A stretch of DNA of 63,059 nt, the filler included, from Choristocarpus tenellus KU-1152 (lineage: Eukaryota > Protista > Phaeophyceae), in NCBI GenBank assembly GCA_964200185.2. It is 14 parts of 14 records of this genome, joined end to end, with 100 filler letters (N's around TTAATTAATTAA, not from the genome) between each part and the next. Parts side by side here need not be neighbours in the genome. Positions count along the whole stretch, not along the records: positions 1 to 5,400 come from CAXNAD020010913.1; positions 5,501 to 9,531 come from CAXNAD020016583.1; positions 9,632 to 14,296 come from CAXNAD020013555.1; 11 more parts are not named here. One strand, 5' to 3'. The position numbers and the translations under genes are program-made. Of the stretch, positions 1-14,396 are shown piece by piece (position 1 is the stretch's first letter; the number at the start of each line of letters is the position of its first letter). The notes beneath the pieces are model-generated. The model searched no databases. It was not told the origin of the DNA and saw only the letters and a program-made list of their open reading frames with translations.

Positions 1-1899
1 AATAGACTAAAATCATCGTGCACTAATGAAAATGGGGAAGGCAAAGGAGGAGGGGGGTGGGGGTGGAAGCACTAGAGGGTGAGACGACGAGAGCGAAGAA
101 GTAAGATTCAATTGGCTATTTATGCCTGGGTAATAAAATACCAAGGGCGCAGAGCAAACATTGAATGAAGGAGAGTCAGAAATGTTACTTGGGTGTTAAT
201 ATATAACTAAACTAACACGATGGAATGATTTACTATTGTCTTCATTTTATGCTTGAGACTAGCTCAAACTGTGGTCAGAGGCACTACACACTGTGCTGGA
301 TCTCATCCCCTATGAAGTAAACTGCCTTCAGGATGTATTCATCCCACAACCTCACCTAACCCTCACTCTTTGCAATTACTTGAGGTCCTTTTCCAACACG
401 CTTTTCCCACAACTGTGAACATATTGATACCGATACCTATTAATACGCAGCCTAAAAATGCACCACAAATATATCTCTGAAGCTACTAGTACATACTACT
501 GCACTGCATTGCACAAGCACCGATAGAGTCCACAGCACACAGGCACTAAAATTGATAGATGAACCAACTAACAGCACGTAACCATCAGCAGGGGCACAAG
601 GATCGTCAAACCAATCATATTCAGAAGCATCACCTGACAAACGATCCTGCTACAAAAGACAGTCAAGGAACAAAAAAGACTGCATGCACTGATGAGAGAT
701 AAAAGGAAGATGTCTATAGAGTGACTGATTGCTGGCAAGGGAGCCCCCTAATTAATGATTAGATTAGGCCCATTTCTCTTCCTTACATCCTTACCAGCCC
801 AACGAGGAACTAATAAACACATTATATTTACAAAATTCTCAGGAAACAAAGCCCCCAAAAAGGTTCGTTCACATGCGCTAGCAAGTGAGCACTATTTAAC
901 ATGCACTGAGATCTCAAGGCTAGTAGCGTGCACTGTGAATTGAATTTAGTAGTCCCAATGCATAATATAATAATACGATAATTGGAAATGTAGATGAAGG
1001 GGACAAAATGGACAATTAAACCAAGTAGGTGGAGAGGAGGGTGTGGTTGGGAAAACCGCAACCCAAGCTACAGCTGCCGCCGAGGGTGTATGCAGAAGTT
1101 CAATACTACAGTGGTGACGACCAGGGGAAGGATTCCTGACATATAAGAAAAAGGTCCTCGACATGTGCATCCATGGGCAGGTGGGATGGAAAGATGCACT
1201 GTTCATTGAAGACCACATCAGGGTCGGCATGAGGAGATTCAACTGTACAGGTCAGACAAAAAGAAAAGTTCAAGAAGCACACATGGCAACGGTGGCCCTG
1301 CTGCTAAGTGCGAGCAGATTGGCACAACAACTTCTGGGCAACGAACACAGCCCATCTGAGGGTTACGAGGCCCTTTGCAACCTTCTTGCCTGTGATGGGA
1401 AAAATATACATAAATGTATACACATCATCTGCTCATGAGGGAGGACCTGACACTGTGTCATTACGGAACTGGAATGCCTGGTCAAGAAGATGAGATCATT
1501 AGAGAATGAGAGCTAAGTTGGGAGGTACAATTGAATGCAATGCATAACAGCCTCACTGAAGAACACCTCACAAAATTCAATTGGTGATGGAAAAGGGGCT
1601 GTGCTGCAACAATAGATCTGCAGAGCAGAGCACATGAGAGATGCAGGACGAAGCAAATGTGTACAGGATAGACAGCAGGTCGGAAATGGCAGGGCACTGA
1701 TGCAAGGTGCCATTGTGATAGGTGGAGGTACAACAAAGTCTCAAGGATATCAGCCAGGACATGTGGAGTGGTGGCAGTGTTGCGGACTGCACATTTAACC
1801 ATCCCGCACCCCTCTCGCCACCCCCCATTCAGGATCTTATACAGGTTCAAGGCTGTTGATGGAGTTACAAGGCACAAAGCCCGTAGCTGCCCTAATCCC

Positions 1900-2960
1900 A
1901 TTGGGGTAAGCGGGGGCAAAGGGCATGGTCCAAAAAGTTTGAGAGATATTGTAATGGAGGTGATATTGATGGTAAACCAGTACAGCTTGGGCAATTTTCA
2001 GCAGTGAGAGTGTACGATAGTATGTATCAAAGAAAGGGATGATCTTCGGCTCTTTGACAGCATGTATAAAGGACACACGACCAGTAACCCCCACTGCATC
2101 GATCGATTCAAAGCCATTTGTAGGGACATTGGTAGCAGCCAACAATAGAGGGGTGCTCCAAGACACTTGTCATAGGTGATTTGTCACTCAACTCTTGTAC
2201 GGAAAGGGTAAGTCTCAAACTCCATCCATTGCAACGTGTCACTAGTCCCTCACTGCCGGGAAAAAATGCCTTTCTTAGTAATGATCCAAGCGAAAAGGTG
2301 GTCGAGTCAGTCGAGAAATGATACAAAAGGAAAACAAACTACTTGAGATTGGGCACACTTGCAGGAGGGTCACGCTTGAAGTTTCACAAGAAAAGTTAGG
2401 AATAACTTTGGCAAAATTACCACAAGGCTATGGTTCACAAATACAGAGAGAAGTGCAGGATAGTGACTGGGGAGCAGAGCCAACTGCGAGGGTAAGCTGT
2501 CAGCAAGGCTCGTCGTAAACCAGTACCAAAGGTGATTAGAAGCAAGTATGATAAACGTCTGGCATCGGTTAACATTGATCTGAGTGTGTCGAAGGCCATG
2601 GTGAGCCGCCCAGGATCATTTCCGCACAAAATGTTGATGATCTGCAACAAAAGGGATGGGGGTGCATTAAATTCATGCGATCAAAGGGTGAAACTCCCAA
2701 TATATTCTGGGATTAATCTGAGATGCGACAGGTGTGGAGAACCTGTACATTGGCTATGAGGAGGCGGCTGAGGTAACAGAGTTCAAGAGCGCAAAATTCC
2801 AGGGTGTACTGGATGAGGACAAGATCCGGCATCTTGAAATGTGTGCACACTGTGCTGAGGTGCCCCTCACCTCAATCGGAAGGTGGAATGGGCAATTTTT
2901 CTGACCATGAAGAAAGGTTTCATCAGGATATCTGCACCTGGTCAGGGGGATTGGACAGGA
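1900..2960 (-). mobile_element. Decayed non-LTR retrotransposon (LINE) reverse transcriptase remnant
   Basis: Minus-strand, frameshifted RT motifs in the expected order: QSP*PGADI (~2930-2955, SPGPD-like), LRSMLTDARR..., LLQVCPISSSLFSF (~2330-2372, QGCPLSPLLF-like), FLD(D) ~2300-2320, then YDKCLGAPL (YLG-like, ~2150-2175). Boundaries approximate. Confidence 0.6.
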
Positions 2961-3470
2961 TTATAGACTGAGCCACATAACATGGCTATATCTCCAACCT
3001 GTGTCTCCCAACATCTGTGCCTGCCCCCCATTAGAAGTCCCCACATGTATGACAAGTTTTATGGAGTCCCAACTCATCCTCATTTGCTGACACTTTGGGG
3101 ATGGTTCCAAGGGATTCACAGGAGTTGATCAACACTTGTGTAAATTGGCTCTCACAGCCAAAACCTTGGTAAGTGATGTGGAGTGTTCCTCCAGCCATCC
3201 TTCCAATTCTTGGTAAGTCCTCATCAAATCAGGTACGATAGTCAACTGGCGGGACTATTTGTCGAGGCCCTCTTCTGAAACTGTGTCACTCAACCAACGT
3301 TCAAACTATGGACCAGAACGAGCCGGTTTTGGAGCTGGAGTTAGGGAGTGTGTCGTTTGCAGGAAATTTATTTGAGGCCAAGTGAGGTTATAGGACCACA
3401 GGACTTACACAAAGGAATGCCAAAATCGTACCTATGTCACATACGAAGTATACAACAGCCTCATACATAC

Positions 3471-4294
3471 CTGGCAAACTTGTTCCCTAAGAACATTCTG
3501 GTGGTGCTGAGGGTGATCTTTTCAGCCACACTGAGTTCCTGATACTTCCGTTGCTTCTCACGCTGGGAAAACTGCGTGAAGGGGTTGATTCGAGCTTCGT
3601 ACATCTTGCCATACCTGGCAAAGAAAAAGAAAAGAAAAGAAAAGAAAACAATGTCAATATTTTTTACAAACTTTCTATTTTTAGTCATTTCTTTTGAAGG
3701 AAGAGATTGAACAGACGTACGGGATAGTCAAGGAGATCTCCCTCAAATCTATCAATCCTAGAGAGGCACAAGTGGGGAGGGGATGCCACAGAGCAACGGC
3801 TCAATCCGATTGAATCGGTGGGAAAAGAGGTGAGCACCACGGGCAGCGACCTGTACGGTGACTGACTGTGGAGTTGGTGGGTCAACACCACAGCAGGAAC
3901 GCCCTCGCCATTCATCATCTTCGAGGGCTTGCCTGTGCAGGTCAACTGGAGACCAGCTGGACAGACACAAGTACGCCCTGGAGTTGGATCTAACCCCAGA
4001 CTGGATATTTGTTTTTGATCATTCACAACAATACAACACTTACTCTTACGAGGGAGACATAATTTCTACACTAAAATGTGATTCGGTCACAAAAAGGAGC
4101 GAGCAACGCGAAAAGTAAAAAACAACCTCACCCTTGCCCCCAAAAGAATAAACACACCTGGCCTCTGTTGAGCTGGCTCCTCCTCTCTCCCCCTCAATTG
4201 CTAGTGACCCGTGGCCTTCCTCCATCTGGGTGGCATTGCCAGGGCGTGCCATTGCTGAGGGTGATGCCCTCTGATAGGTCTGCAGAAACCGTAC
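3471..4294 (-). CDS. CASP: Golgi protein CASP/Coy1-like, C-terminal region; partial, exons 4294-4158 and 3614-3471
   Basis: AG/GT-bounded, phase-compatible exons give VRFLQTYQ...STEAR|YGKMYEARINPFTQFSQREKQRKYQELSVAEKITLSTTRMFLGNKFAR. This matches the CASP C-terminal pattern (K.RFLQSY ... RY...YE..L.PF..F...E..RRY..LS..DKITL...R..LSNK.AR). Confidence 0.85.
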
Positions 4295-5358
4295 CTGCAA
4301 AACAATCCCCAAATACCAATACAATAGATTTAATGAACAAGTTGTGCTCTTCCGCTGACAGAAATGTAGCCATCTCACCACTGCTTGGCCGGTATTGTGG
4401 ACCACTACTACTAAGCACTACCAAGTTCTACCAGCTCAGTGGTTGAATGCTCCCTACAATGAAATTCAAAAGTTCCAACCCTTCCAATACCAAAGCTTGG
4501 TTTTGATTACTCAAAGTCCGTGCGGCAGCAAACACAACGGATCGTAAACCTGTACTGCACTACCTACCACTACACCAAAAAAACACGGGAGACCCAACAA
4601 CAAGGTTTGAAAGTCCCATTACTGAGCAAAACTGGGCAGGTTCAGGACAAGGCCTGAGTGAGTAGGCAAAGCAAAGAGTGGTGGGATGGCTGAACCCAAC
4701 ATTAGTGAAGCAAGGCATGAATCGAGACAGTGCAATTGTCCACAGCGCAACAGTTTGTTGCAGTCGGCATTGTTAAGTATGAAGTAGAAATAGTGCCCCT
4801 GACCATGGGTTGGGATAGCCCCTGGACCACGTTTAAAGTGAACAACAAAAATACGTCCTATAAACCGCCTCTGAATTTACCTCTAGACCTCTTAACCAGT
4901 TTTAAAGTGCTCCAAAACCATATACTCTGGACGACTACGGAGTGCATCTCCAGGAACGTGCCATGTGGGCTCCTATCGAGAAGCAATACCGTGCTGCTTA
5001 AAACAGTTCCTGTTGCTTAGTCTCATCAATGTGTGTAGCACCTTCAGATTGCCAATAAACAATTCCTACACCTCTGAGATCCTCCCTGCTCATATCACCT
5101 ATCTACCTAAGCCATGCCAGTATGGTTCATCTAGTCGCAAGAACATAAACACAAGTATCTATGCAGGGATAAAAACCTACTCATATCAAGCACCGAATCA
5201 GAGCCAATGGCAACAATGCACTTGTGAATAGCACAGATCAGACCAGACCCAACGTGCAAAAAAAACGCTTGGCAACCTCCTCCCGGAAGATCTTACCAGC
5301 TGCTAGAAATGCATCAACACTAGTTACTGCACCTCAGCTTGTGCATACTCATTCCCTA

Positions 5359-5400
5359 GGGTCAAAGTATCTGGGGGGGGGTGGGGGGTGGGGGGGGGGG
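5359..5400 (+). mobile_element. MITE end (shared TIR), truncated by contig end
   Basis: GGGTCAAAGTATCTG followed by a G-run. Confidence 0.75.
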
Positions 5401-5500
5401 NNNNNNNNNNNNNNNNNNNNNNNNNNNNNNNNNNNNNNNNNNNNTTAATTAATTAANNNNNNNNNNNNNNNNNNNNNNNNNNNNNNNNNNNNNNNNNNNN
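5401..5500. other. Artificial contig-joining linker (first of 13)
   Basis: N44-TTAATTAATTAA-N44, which gives stops in all six frames. Repeated at 9532-9631, 14297-14396, 17202-17301, 24082-24181, 27066-27165, 29854-29953, 34170-34269, 37256-37355, 39951-40050, 46448-46547, 50333-50432 and 59676-59775. Confidence 0.98.
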
Positions 5501-5580
5501 ACCAAATAACCCAAAAATTGCGACATGAAAAAAATGACCCCAAATGGACGGCCGCCACCCCCTCCCAGATACTTTGAGTC
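5501..5580 (+). mobile_element. MITE family A, right part (contig start)
   Basis: CGACATGAAAAAAATGACCCCAAATGGAC...CCCAGATACTTTGAGTC, matching the right half of the full copies. Confidence 0.85.
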
Positions 5581-6637
5581 AAACTTCATCAGGAATGAAT
5601 GTGGAGTCCTTGTAGAGGGTTCTATCTTATTTACAGAGCAGTAGGTATGTCCTTTTGTTTGTGTCTTGAGGTGTTCGAGTTTTAGTGTGATGGAGTTGTT
5701 GGAGTCAGGAATTGTTGTGGATAATGAGGTAAATAGGTCAAAGATGCCAATATGGAGGCCTTGCCTATGTGCCATGTAGGATTAATGCGTAAATGTTCTC
5801 CAGTGTAACTTACCTTCTTGATCTAATTGAAAGTCGTGGCAGATTCGGATCATGTAGGGAAGTCAGGTTGGTATTGGCGGGGCATACTTTTGCACCTCTT
5901 TTATTCTTCTGGAGGTCAGAGTATCACTACGAGTGAGTTTATTCTCATCTCATGCATACGTACATGTCCTTGGCATGGGAGCTATGTTCTCATAGGGGGT
6001 TTTGTCATAGTACTGTAGACACTCAATGTTGCTATTACTGTACATAAACTAACACACATCTTTGAAGCAATGTAGTGTAACTAGAATGGTTCATGAGCAA
6101 TGGAAAGGAATATTAGAATACTGTCATGTTTGAGTAACTTTCTAGGAAATATTTTGTTTGGTAGCTTCTCAAATTGTTTGCTAGGGTGATCATGGATGGT
6201 AGGACAACCCCCCCACTTGTGTAGGTATTGAGCCACTCTTGACTCTAAATGAAAATAGGATACTCTACATTATCCCCTTTGTGGTGAGGCAGTACACTCT
6301 GGAGGCGTGTGAACAGGCTATTGTATTGGGTATGTTGAGTTCATTTGCACAACCAGCATGATAAGTCTCTCTCCGCCCCCCTCTTCCTTATCATATTTTA
6401 GTAGTAATAATACCTCTGTTTTTGTTCTATAGACTCATTGAATGTGCGAATTTTAGCAATAGATGGAAAGTCAGAATCCACTTTTCCATTCCTAACAGTC
6501 CAAACCCTTTCATCTTATTAAAGTAATAGATTCTATCGATCAGTTAAACATTTGGTTTCCGTCAAACCCCTGTGTTGCATCAGTGGGCACATACATGTCT
6601 CGAAATGTAGTTCTGTACTGAGGTCCTCAATAGGTGA

Positions 6638-7687
<1,050 letters not shown>

Positions 7688-9423
7688 TGAGAGTTACGGT
7701 GGTGGGATCTGTGGGAGTATTTTTTCGGGGTTCAAGGTTGGGATGAAGATATGCTGTGCATGACTGGGGTACTTCTATAATATATGCATTCGTTGGTGAT
7801 TGCTCTTTGGAAGGTAGGATTATTTTTTTATGTAGGTAGTCAAATAGTAGTAGTGGTGCACTCGTTTCCTACAATCTTTCATGGTATACCTGCTTCAATG
7901 ACAACAGTATCATACATACCTGAAAGATTAGAGAGTTTATGGAGTAAAAGAGGAGTACTGGCATTGTACATATATATGATGGTTCATTGCACCCTACATA
8001 TAAGTATCAGTTTCCAATATTTTGTTACTAATTGATGGATAATTTTGGAATTTCTTTGGTGCGCTCATGGTGTTTTAACACCGTTCTAAGATGTGGTTAC
8101 CTCTACCAGCTTACCAATTTGCTGGGAATAGTATGAGGTCATGGCATTCTAAAGCGAAGTGATTTTTCCAACGGAACATTTCAAGTTGCTTGCTGAGTAT
8201 CTCGTTTGATTCGTAGTTCGTTTGGGAGTCTTGTGTTTGGAAGGGACACACAAGGTACGTTCTAGCTCAGTTTTTCGTTTTTCACCGCAATGGAGTTGTG
8301 CTTGGTAGGGAACTGTGGACGATGACGGATCCTACCGGTACCATTTTCAACCTTGAATCCAATAACCTTGCTCCATCATTTGCTTTGTGCGGATGAAGTT
8401 TTTCATACCAAGTAAGTACCCAGTACCATGTCACAAGCTAGGTTTTTTTGCTAGCAATCCCCTAAAATTAGAGCGTGGAATGTTCATAAAATCTGCTCCA
8501 AGATTATGGTATTGATCACACCCAGCACAACAACGCGATGCTCGAAGGTGGCATTACCCTAGAACATTCTGTCATGTTCCAGATACATATCCTCGTGCGT
8601 CAAGTCGTCGAGGCAGTCCCTACCTGGATGAATTTCGTGGGTTTGAACCCATTCAGTACCCTCTTTTTCACGGAAATATGTTTTGGAAGATTTGGTTCCA
8701 CATGATGACAAGATTCGAGAGGTTACGCACCTGTACCATTCTGTATGTGGCTAACCTCAACAGCGCTGGACCAAGAGTGAGGCTGAAAATTTAAGCTTGG
8801 TCTAGCAGAAGATTCCAGGGGACAGATGGAGCGACGAGTAGAGGGAGTGTCAAAACCACTGCGCAAGAAGCATGGTAGGGATGGAGGCAATATAATTATC
8901 TTCAATCTCTGTAGTCGAACGCATGGCTTTGCTCTAACATCCTTCGTCAGGCCATCTTCTATGCATTGTCCATCATTGTCCAGTAAAGAAATAATCGAGC
9001 ACATTTCCCCAGTACCATTGATTGTCAAGGATAATGCCCCCAACAATATAATTCCTAAATTGCTTATTATTGTGATGGAGAGAGGATCCTTTTAGAATCA
9101 CATAGGAGCTGCTTTTGGGGGGTTGAGTATGACCCTGTTCACACACACTTCCTGCTCCTATGATAATAGACACCCCAAGACTATGATTTGAACAAATAAT
9201 GGAAGTTTGGGTAAAGCGACAGAATATTTCCCCTGACTGAAAAGAATAGACCGGTGAAATTTGAAGAGGGAAAAATGAGTGGAAAGAGGTATGGTTTGAC
9301 CATTTTTTGCTTTATGCCATTTTGTAAACCCCCTGTTCGCTATACACACGCTATTATTGTCTACGACATAGACAGTAGAAGCCCCCCAAAACGAAGGTGT
9401 CATCATTGGAGAAGAGAGGTCGA

Positions 9424-9531
9424 GAGTCAAAGTATCTTGGGGGGGGGGGGGGGTCCTACACCAGGGTGTCCGTTTGGGTAAAAATCAGGAAAAAAAGGGC
9501 CCTTAAATTATTATCCATCCGACGTATACAA
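9424..9531 (+). mobile_element. MITE family A, left part (contig end)
   Basis: GAGTCAAAGTATCTTG(n)...TACACCAGGGTGTCC...ATTATCCATCCGAC. Confidence 0.85.
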
Positions 9532-9631
9532 NNNNNNNNNNNNNNNNNNNNNNNNNNNNNNNNNNNNNNNNNNNNTTAATTAATTAANNNNNNNNNNNNN
9601 NNNNNNNNNNNNNNNNNNNNNNNNNNNNNNN

Positions 9632-9698
9632 AAAAAAAAAGTTTGACCGAAACGGACGCCCCCCACAAACCACCTCCCCCCCCCAGATACTTCGACCC
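9632..9698 (+). mobile_element. MITE family B, right end (contig start)
   Basis: AAACGGACGCCCCCCACAAACC...CCCAGATACTTCGACCC, similar to 24340-24390 and 50455-50529. Confidence 0.75.
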
Positions 9699-9943
9699 CC
9701 AAACCATTGTGAGTCTTGTCCTTGTACAATAGAGCTTTTGTAGCATTTTGGTTAGCTATAACAAATGCGAATTGGTCGCTTCAATTGGATAATTCCTCTA
9801 AGAGATCATCAAACCTTTGAGTGTTGCCCTGAGGGTCTTACCGAGACCATAATGCTCTTCACTATAGTTTCCAACTAAGGTGGTATTAGTAGCTTCGTCC
9901 TCTGTGGCCATCGTAGTTTTTTTAACCGGAACGCCACAATAGT

Positions 9944-10122
9944 GACCCAAAGTATCTGGGGGGGGGGGGGGGTGTACACCAGAGAGTCTATTTAGGTCAA
10001 AACCAGGAAAAGTGCACTTTCATTATCCATCCAATATATGGAACCAAATCTCCCAAAAATCGTGACATGAAAAAATTGATCCCAAATGGACAGCCACCAC
10101 CCCCCCCCAGATACTTTGAGCC
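9944..10122 (+). mobile_element. MITE family A, full copy
   Basis: GACCCAAAGTATCTG(n) ... C(n)AGATACTTTGAGCC; no clear TSD. Confidence 0.9.
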
Positions 10123-10372
10123 ATATGCATGTTCACGATATTACCCTTTTCTGCTTCCCTGCACAAAGAGCACTTCCTAGTACTGAATGCTGCGTACATT
10201 GTACCCGAAATAACTCTCATCAACTTTGATAGGATGGGCCCATACAATATATGTACAAATTACAAATCGTCAGTGGGCATCCACAGAGTAGTACATTATG
10301 CTACATAAAATGATCACAGTAGGAACAGCTTGTCCCCAACAGGAGCCATGTATGTGTTTATATGTTGTATCA

Positions 10373-10553
10373 GACCCAAAGTATCTGGGGGAGGGGGGGG
10401 GCGTCTTCACCTGGGTGTCCACTTGGGTCAAAATAAGGAAAAGTGAATTTACATTATCCATCAGACGTATGGAACCAAATCACCAAAAAAACGCGACATG
10501 AAAAAATTGACCCCAAGTGGACAGCCGCCACCCCCCTCCAGACACTTTGACCT
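10373..10553 (+). mobile_element. MITE family A, full copy with ATCA target-site duplication
   Basis: ATCA|GACCCAAAGTATCTG...GACACTTTGACCT|ATCA. Confidence 0.9.
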
Positions 10554-10899
10554 ATCATTACCTTCCCAACAGACATTACCTCTCCATCATGCTCTCTACA
10601 CCAAATGTATGTCTTAATCCCATCCTGTGGATAATTCGGGTCATGCCATAGACACTCAGTTCCAGGCCTCAGGGCCCCTCCTGTCTCTGATGTGAGATAT
10701 CATAATGGTGGTGAAAGAAATAAGGACATTGTGGGGAGCAAGGTTGTTCTCCACTCACCGGGAACGTATTCAGGAGGGGTGGTGGGAGCAGCATGCCCCG
10801 GAGGATAATCTTCTTAGGTTAGTGAAGAAACAATTTTGAAAACGGGAGTGACACTCAATGCTGGAAACCTTCAAGAGGTTCCAACGCCTCTTGGGGATG

Positions 10900-11857
10900 G
10901 TGTTAAAGTATCCCCAAAATCATCACTGCTCCATTGTGGTTCCCAATACCACCATTCACCAACCTCTCGTTCATCCTGTAAGTTTCGCAAACCCTCTTCT
11001 GAAGTTGCTTTCGACCCACATCAGAAATCTGACATATCTTGATCGTATCCTCTGCAGCAAAACAGTTGTGAACGATTGTCAGCTGCTCTTCCTCGTCTGG
11101 TTCGATGCCAAGACTCCGCAAATTCTTCACCAGCTTTTCATCTCTTGAATAATATCAACAGGATCCGCCCCAATTGGTAGGCGCAATTCATGTAGCTTGG
11201 TCCTCAAAATCGCTCGTTTGGTGATATCATCTCTTTCGAAATGGTCTCCCAGTGCCTGAAAAGCTTCAGACGGACTGTCACGATTATTGACAATGTCTAG
11301 TGCAAGTCCAGACTCAAAGTATCTGGGGGGGGTGGCGGCTGTCCATTTGGGGTCAATTTTTTCATGTCGCGAGTTTTGTATAATTTGGCTGCATATGTCG
11401 GATAATATAAGTTCGCTTTTCCTGATTTTGGTCCAAAATGGACACCCTGGTTTAGACCTCACCCCCCTCCCAGATACTTTGGGTCTCCACCTACACTCAT
11501 AACCAGCCCAGCCAACGCGATGCTGGCTTCTTGTACTTCCCAGCGTGTCCACCTTGATGCATTGCTTCCTTCAAGGCCCACCCTGATGTGGTCATGAGAT
11601 AATAGTGTATTCATCCAACCACCCATGGAAGCACAAGTTAACAATCGTTTCTTGTATGTGGGAAATCCCTCCCCATCAGCGTCACCATTATACACCACAA
11701 ATTTTGAACGAAGTGGGATGAGGCGCTGCAGCTCCACTCCCGCAGTCCTTGACGTCGGGATCCCCCACATCGCTAGATCCTCTTCATCATAGAAGCCCTT
11801 TACTTCGACCCCGACATCTTCATCCTCCATGTTCACGTTACCGACAGCAGACGCCAT
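10900..11857 (-). pseudogene. Ty1/Copia-type gag remnant interrupted by a MITE
   Basis: Removing the MITE and one TCCA restores ...ALAGLVMSVGG|LALDIVNNRDSPSEAFQALGDHFERDDITKRAILRTKLHELRL..., which resembles Copia gag (UBN2/Retrotran_gag_2 pattern). Frameshifted downstream. Confidence 0.7.
11311..11485 (-). mobile_element. MITE family A, full copy with TCCA target-site duplication
   Basis: TCCA|GACTCAAAGTATCTG...CAGATACTTTGGGTC|TCCA. Confidence 0.93.
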
Positions 11858-13479
11858 CGGGACATCGTCTGACCCCTCTACTACTAGCTTTCTTGAGATA
11901 TCAGCACACTCTAAAGTATGCTAGGTAGCATGTTAAAGTATGTGTAGAATCCCAAGTCTTGATAGTGAAATATGTAGATTAGTTCCTTCACAGTTATGTT
12001 GTAGTAGGTAGAAAGTTGGAGCGAGAAACAACATCCAAGCGGGGGGGTTGTCCTTGTCACCAAATCATTCATATTCTATGGATCAGTAATCCCTAATCAC
12101 TGATTCCTGTCAACAATGCTTCCTATTCCTGAACCCTTCCATATTCCAGTTCTCAAACCTAAACACATCTACTATCCTTCAGAACACAAACATTGTCTCG
12201 TCATCCTTAGTTTGTTTCTTCTGCAGAATCATCTCTTACACATGAATCAAACGCATATTCTTGACAAAGCGGCATAAGATATTACGATAATTTCATCAGG
12301 ACTCCATTAAGATATATCCATCCCTATTCGCTACCCTATGTTTGCCCTGGTTCTTCAATTGATAACTTTTACGGCATCTCACGCAAACCTCTGTCTATTA
12401 TGGCCTATGATATTTCATTTCTATCTTGGATGCCAAGGCATAACAATGTCAGTCACAGAAATGGCAATATTTTTTTACTAGTCCCAATCCCATGTATCCC
12501 CCTGACCGTAACTTCAGCGAGGTATCAAGCCTTTTCCACCTTTCTGTGTGCACCCACCTGCCGATTTTCTAACGTTATGTCTTAGAATAGGGACATTTAC
12601 TACCACAGGCTGCCCTAGCTACTACTGTCGGAATAGGCCTCACTACAACTTAGGTATCTAACCCTTATTAACCGCAGTAGCATCGCACTCAGTCCTTCAT
12701 TGTCTCTTTTTCTCTGGATTGCTCCGGATATAACCCTACAATGTGTCCAACTCTCTCAATTTCATCACCCATCTCCAGTCTCAACCATACACTAACCTAC
12801 TAACTACACTGTTGATAGCATTGAGGAAATCCTCCCCACCAATACCCGGTAGGCTTCTTCATACCATTTCATCTGGTCCCTGTGCATGGCCAACTATACT
12901 ACCGAGCACTCCTTTTTCTCCCCTGAGAGAAAGATTGCTGGGAGGTTGCCTTGATCTTGCCCCTTCTTGCCCTCCTACTCTGCCCTTGACTTCAACCTTT
13001 CATTCTGCCTCCCAGTCATCCCCTCTTCAACTTTCCATCTACCCTCCCCATTATCTGTTTGTCACGGATGTGTCACCAAAACTATGATTATGTCACAAGG
13101 ACTACTACTGTCAATATATTAGTTCTCATCACTGGTAATACACTTCTCCCTAAAATATGTACTACCTAAAAACCAAAGATAGAACGACATTGCCTTCTAC
13201 ATTGTTCAGTTCATCCTCCGTTCGGAATTAAATATACCATAACTTTTGCAGCTCCGATGAAGAAGCAAGGTTATTTTTCACATGTTCATATTTTATGGGT
13301 GTATTGTACAGACACTAAACGGTTCCTCACTAAATCTCAATCAAATAGAGCAGCCTACACCAATCTATGACTCCGCTCCTGAAGCCCACCAAAGTCCATT
13401 CCGGAACATTATTTAGTCGCACCTACTGGGGCATTCAGGTAGATCTTGCCCATATTATCAGCCTTTTCCTTGCTAAGAT

Positions 13480-14290
13480 GGGGAATTTACAAGATATTGT
13501 CACCCTTGGACCCCAGCACTTCACTGTAGAGTACAAAGAGGCTCTGACAGACGTGCTCTAGTGTCTCTCTGGGGTACAGATTGAGCGCCTTCATAGTGGC
13601 TTCCACCAGGTCCTGTGTGTTTTTTACCCCCAAGACTTCCTTGAGTTGCTGCATGGAATGAAAGAATTCCAGGTTGTTGACGTTGAGGTCAGGTGAGTCG
13701 GCTCGCTGTATCTCTATGACAATGTTGTCCCTCTCCACCTCCTTGATTACCTCCGTGATCCCCCCCCTGGTGTGTGGCTTTGCCTCGTCCTGCTGTATGA
13801 AGAGGGATGGTGTGTCCTTCTGGCCTAGGCTTGTGGGCCTTGATTGATGGGATGTCATTCTCAATCATGATATTCTTATTCCTCTCCCTGTCCACTGTGA
13901 CTGGCACAAGCACCTGGGTGCTTTTAGGGCGGTGTTTGCTGGAGCGCTGAGCGACCATTAGTGTCCACGCTTGGCCAGATCCTGAAATTCTCATTGAAGC
14001 ACACCCTGTTGGAGAGCTTCCTAGGCAAGACCGCAGGTGCAAGGAACAGCATCATCTTCGTGACTTATCTCTTATTTTGTGCCTGTGGGGGTTTGAGGGG
14101 GTGGGGTGCAGGTACACACCTTGCCCATCTTTGAGAATGTAAAACTACCTCTCATCCACATGCACCCAGTCATATAGATCGCCCACTAATACGTCGATTC
14201 CCCCCCCCTATGTTACAGTCTCGGTAGGACCTCCATGTTACAGGCGCCCCTCAATGCTCACCTTTCCAGGATGTACAAGACAAATACAAT
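13480..14290 (-). mobile_element. Decayed plant-type (DD39D) mariner transposase
   Basis: YDWVHVDER*FY (VHIDEKWFY-like), KMMLFLAPAVLPR (KVMFL.AVARPR-like), FIQQDEAKPH, DSPDLNVNNLEFF (SPDLNVLDLGFF-like), and terminal GDN. Contains stops and frameshifts. Confidence 0.85.
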
Positions 14291-14396
14291 TCACAGNNNN
14301 NNNNNNNNNNNNNNNNNNNNNNNNNNNNNNNNNNNNNNNNTTAATTAATTAANNNNNNNNNNNNNNNNNNNNNNNNNNNNNNNNNNNNNNNNNNNN

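Noticed and set aside
5359-5580. MITE halves on either side of a linker appearing to form one element; gene neighbourhoods across linkers
   Set aside because: Contigs are artificially concatenated and tend to break at the G/C runs of these repeats, so adjacency is not evidence.
7700-9420. Possible very old Gypsy pol on the minus strand (VYVVD, WYW..MKNFIR, SQTN..NEIL)
   Set aside because: Motifs are too degraded to support a call by eye.
10200-10235. IKVDESYFG, resembling a Merlin/IS1595 transposase motif
   Set aside because: Isolated nine-residue match followed by a stop, with no further motifs.
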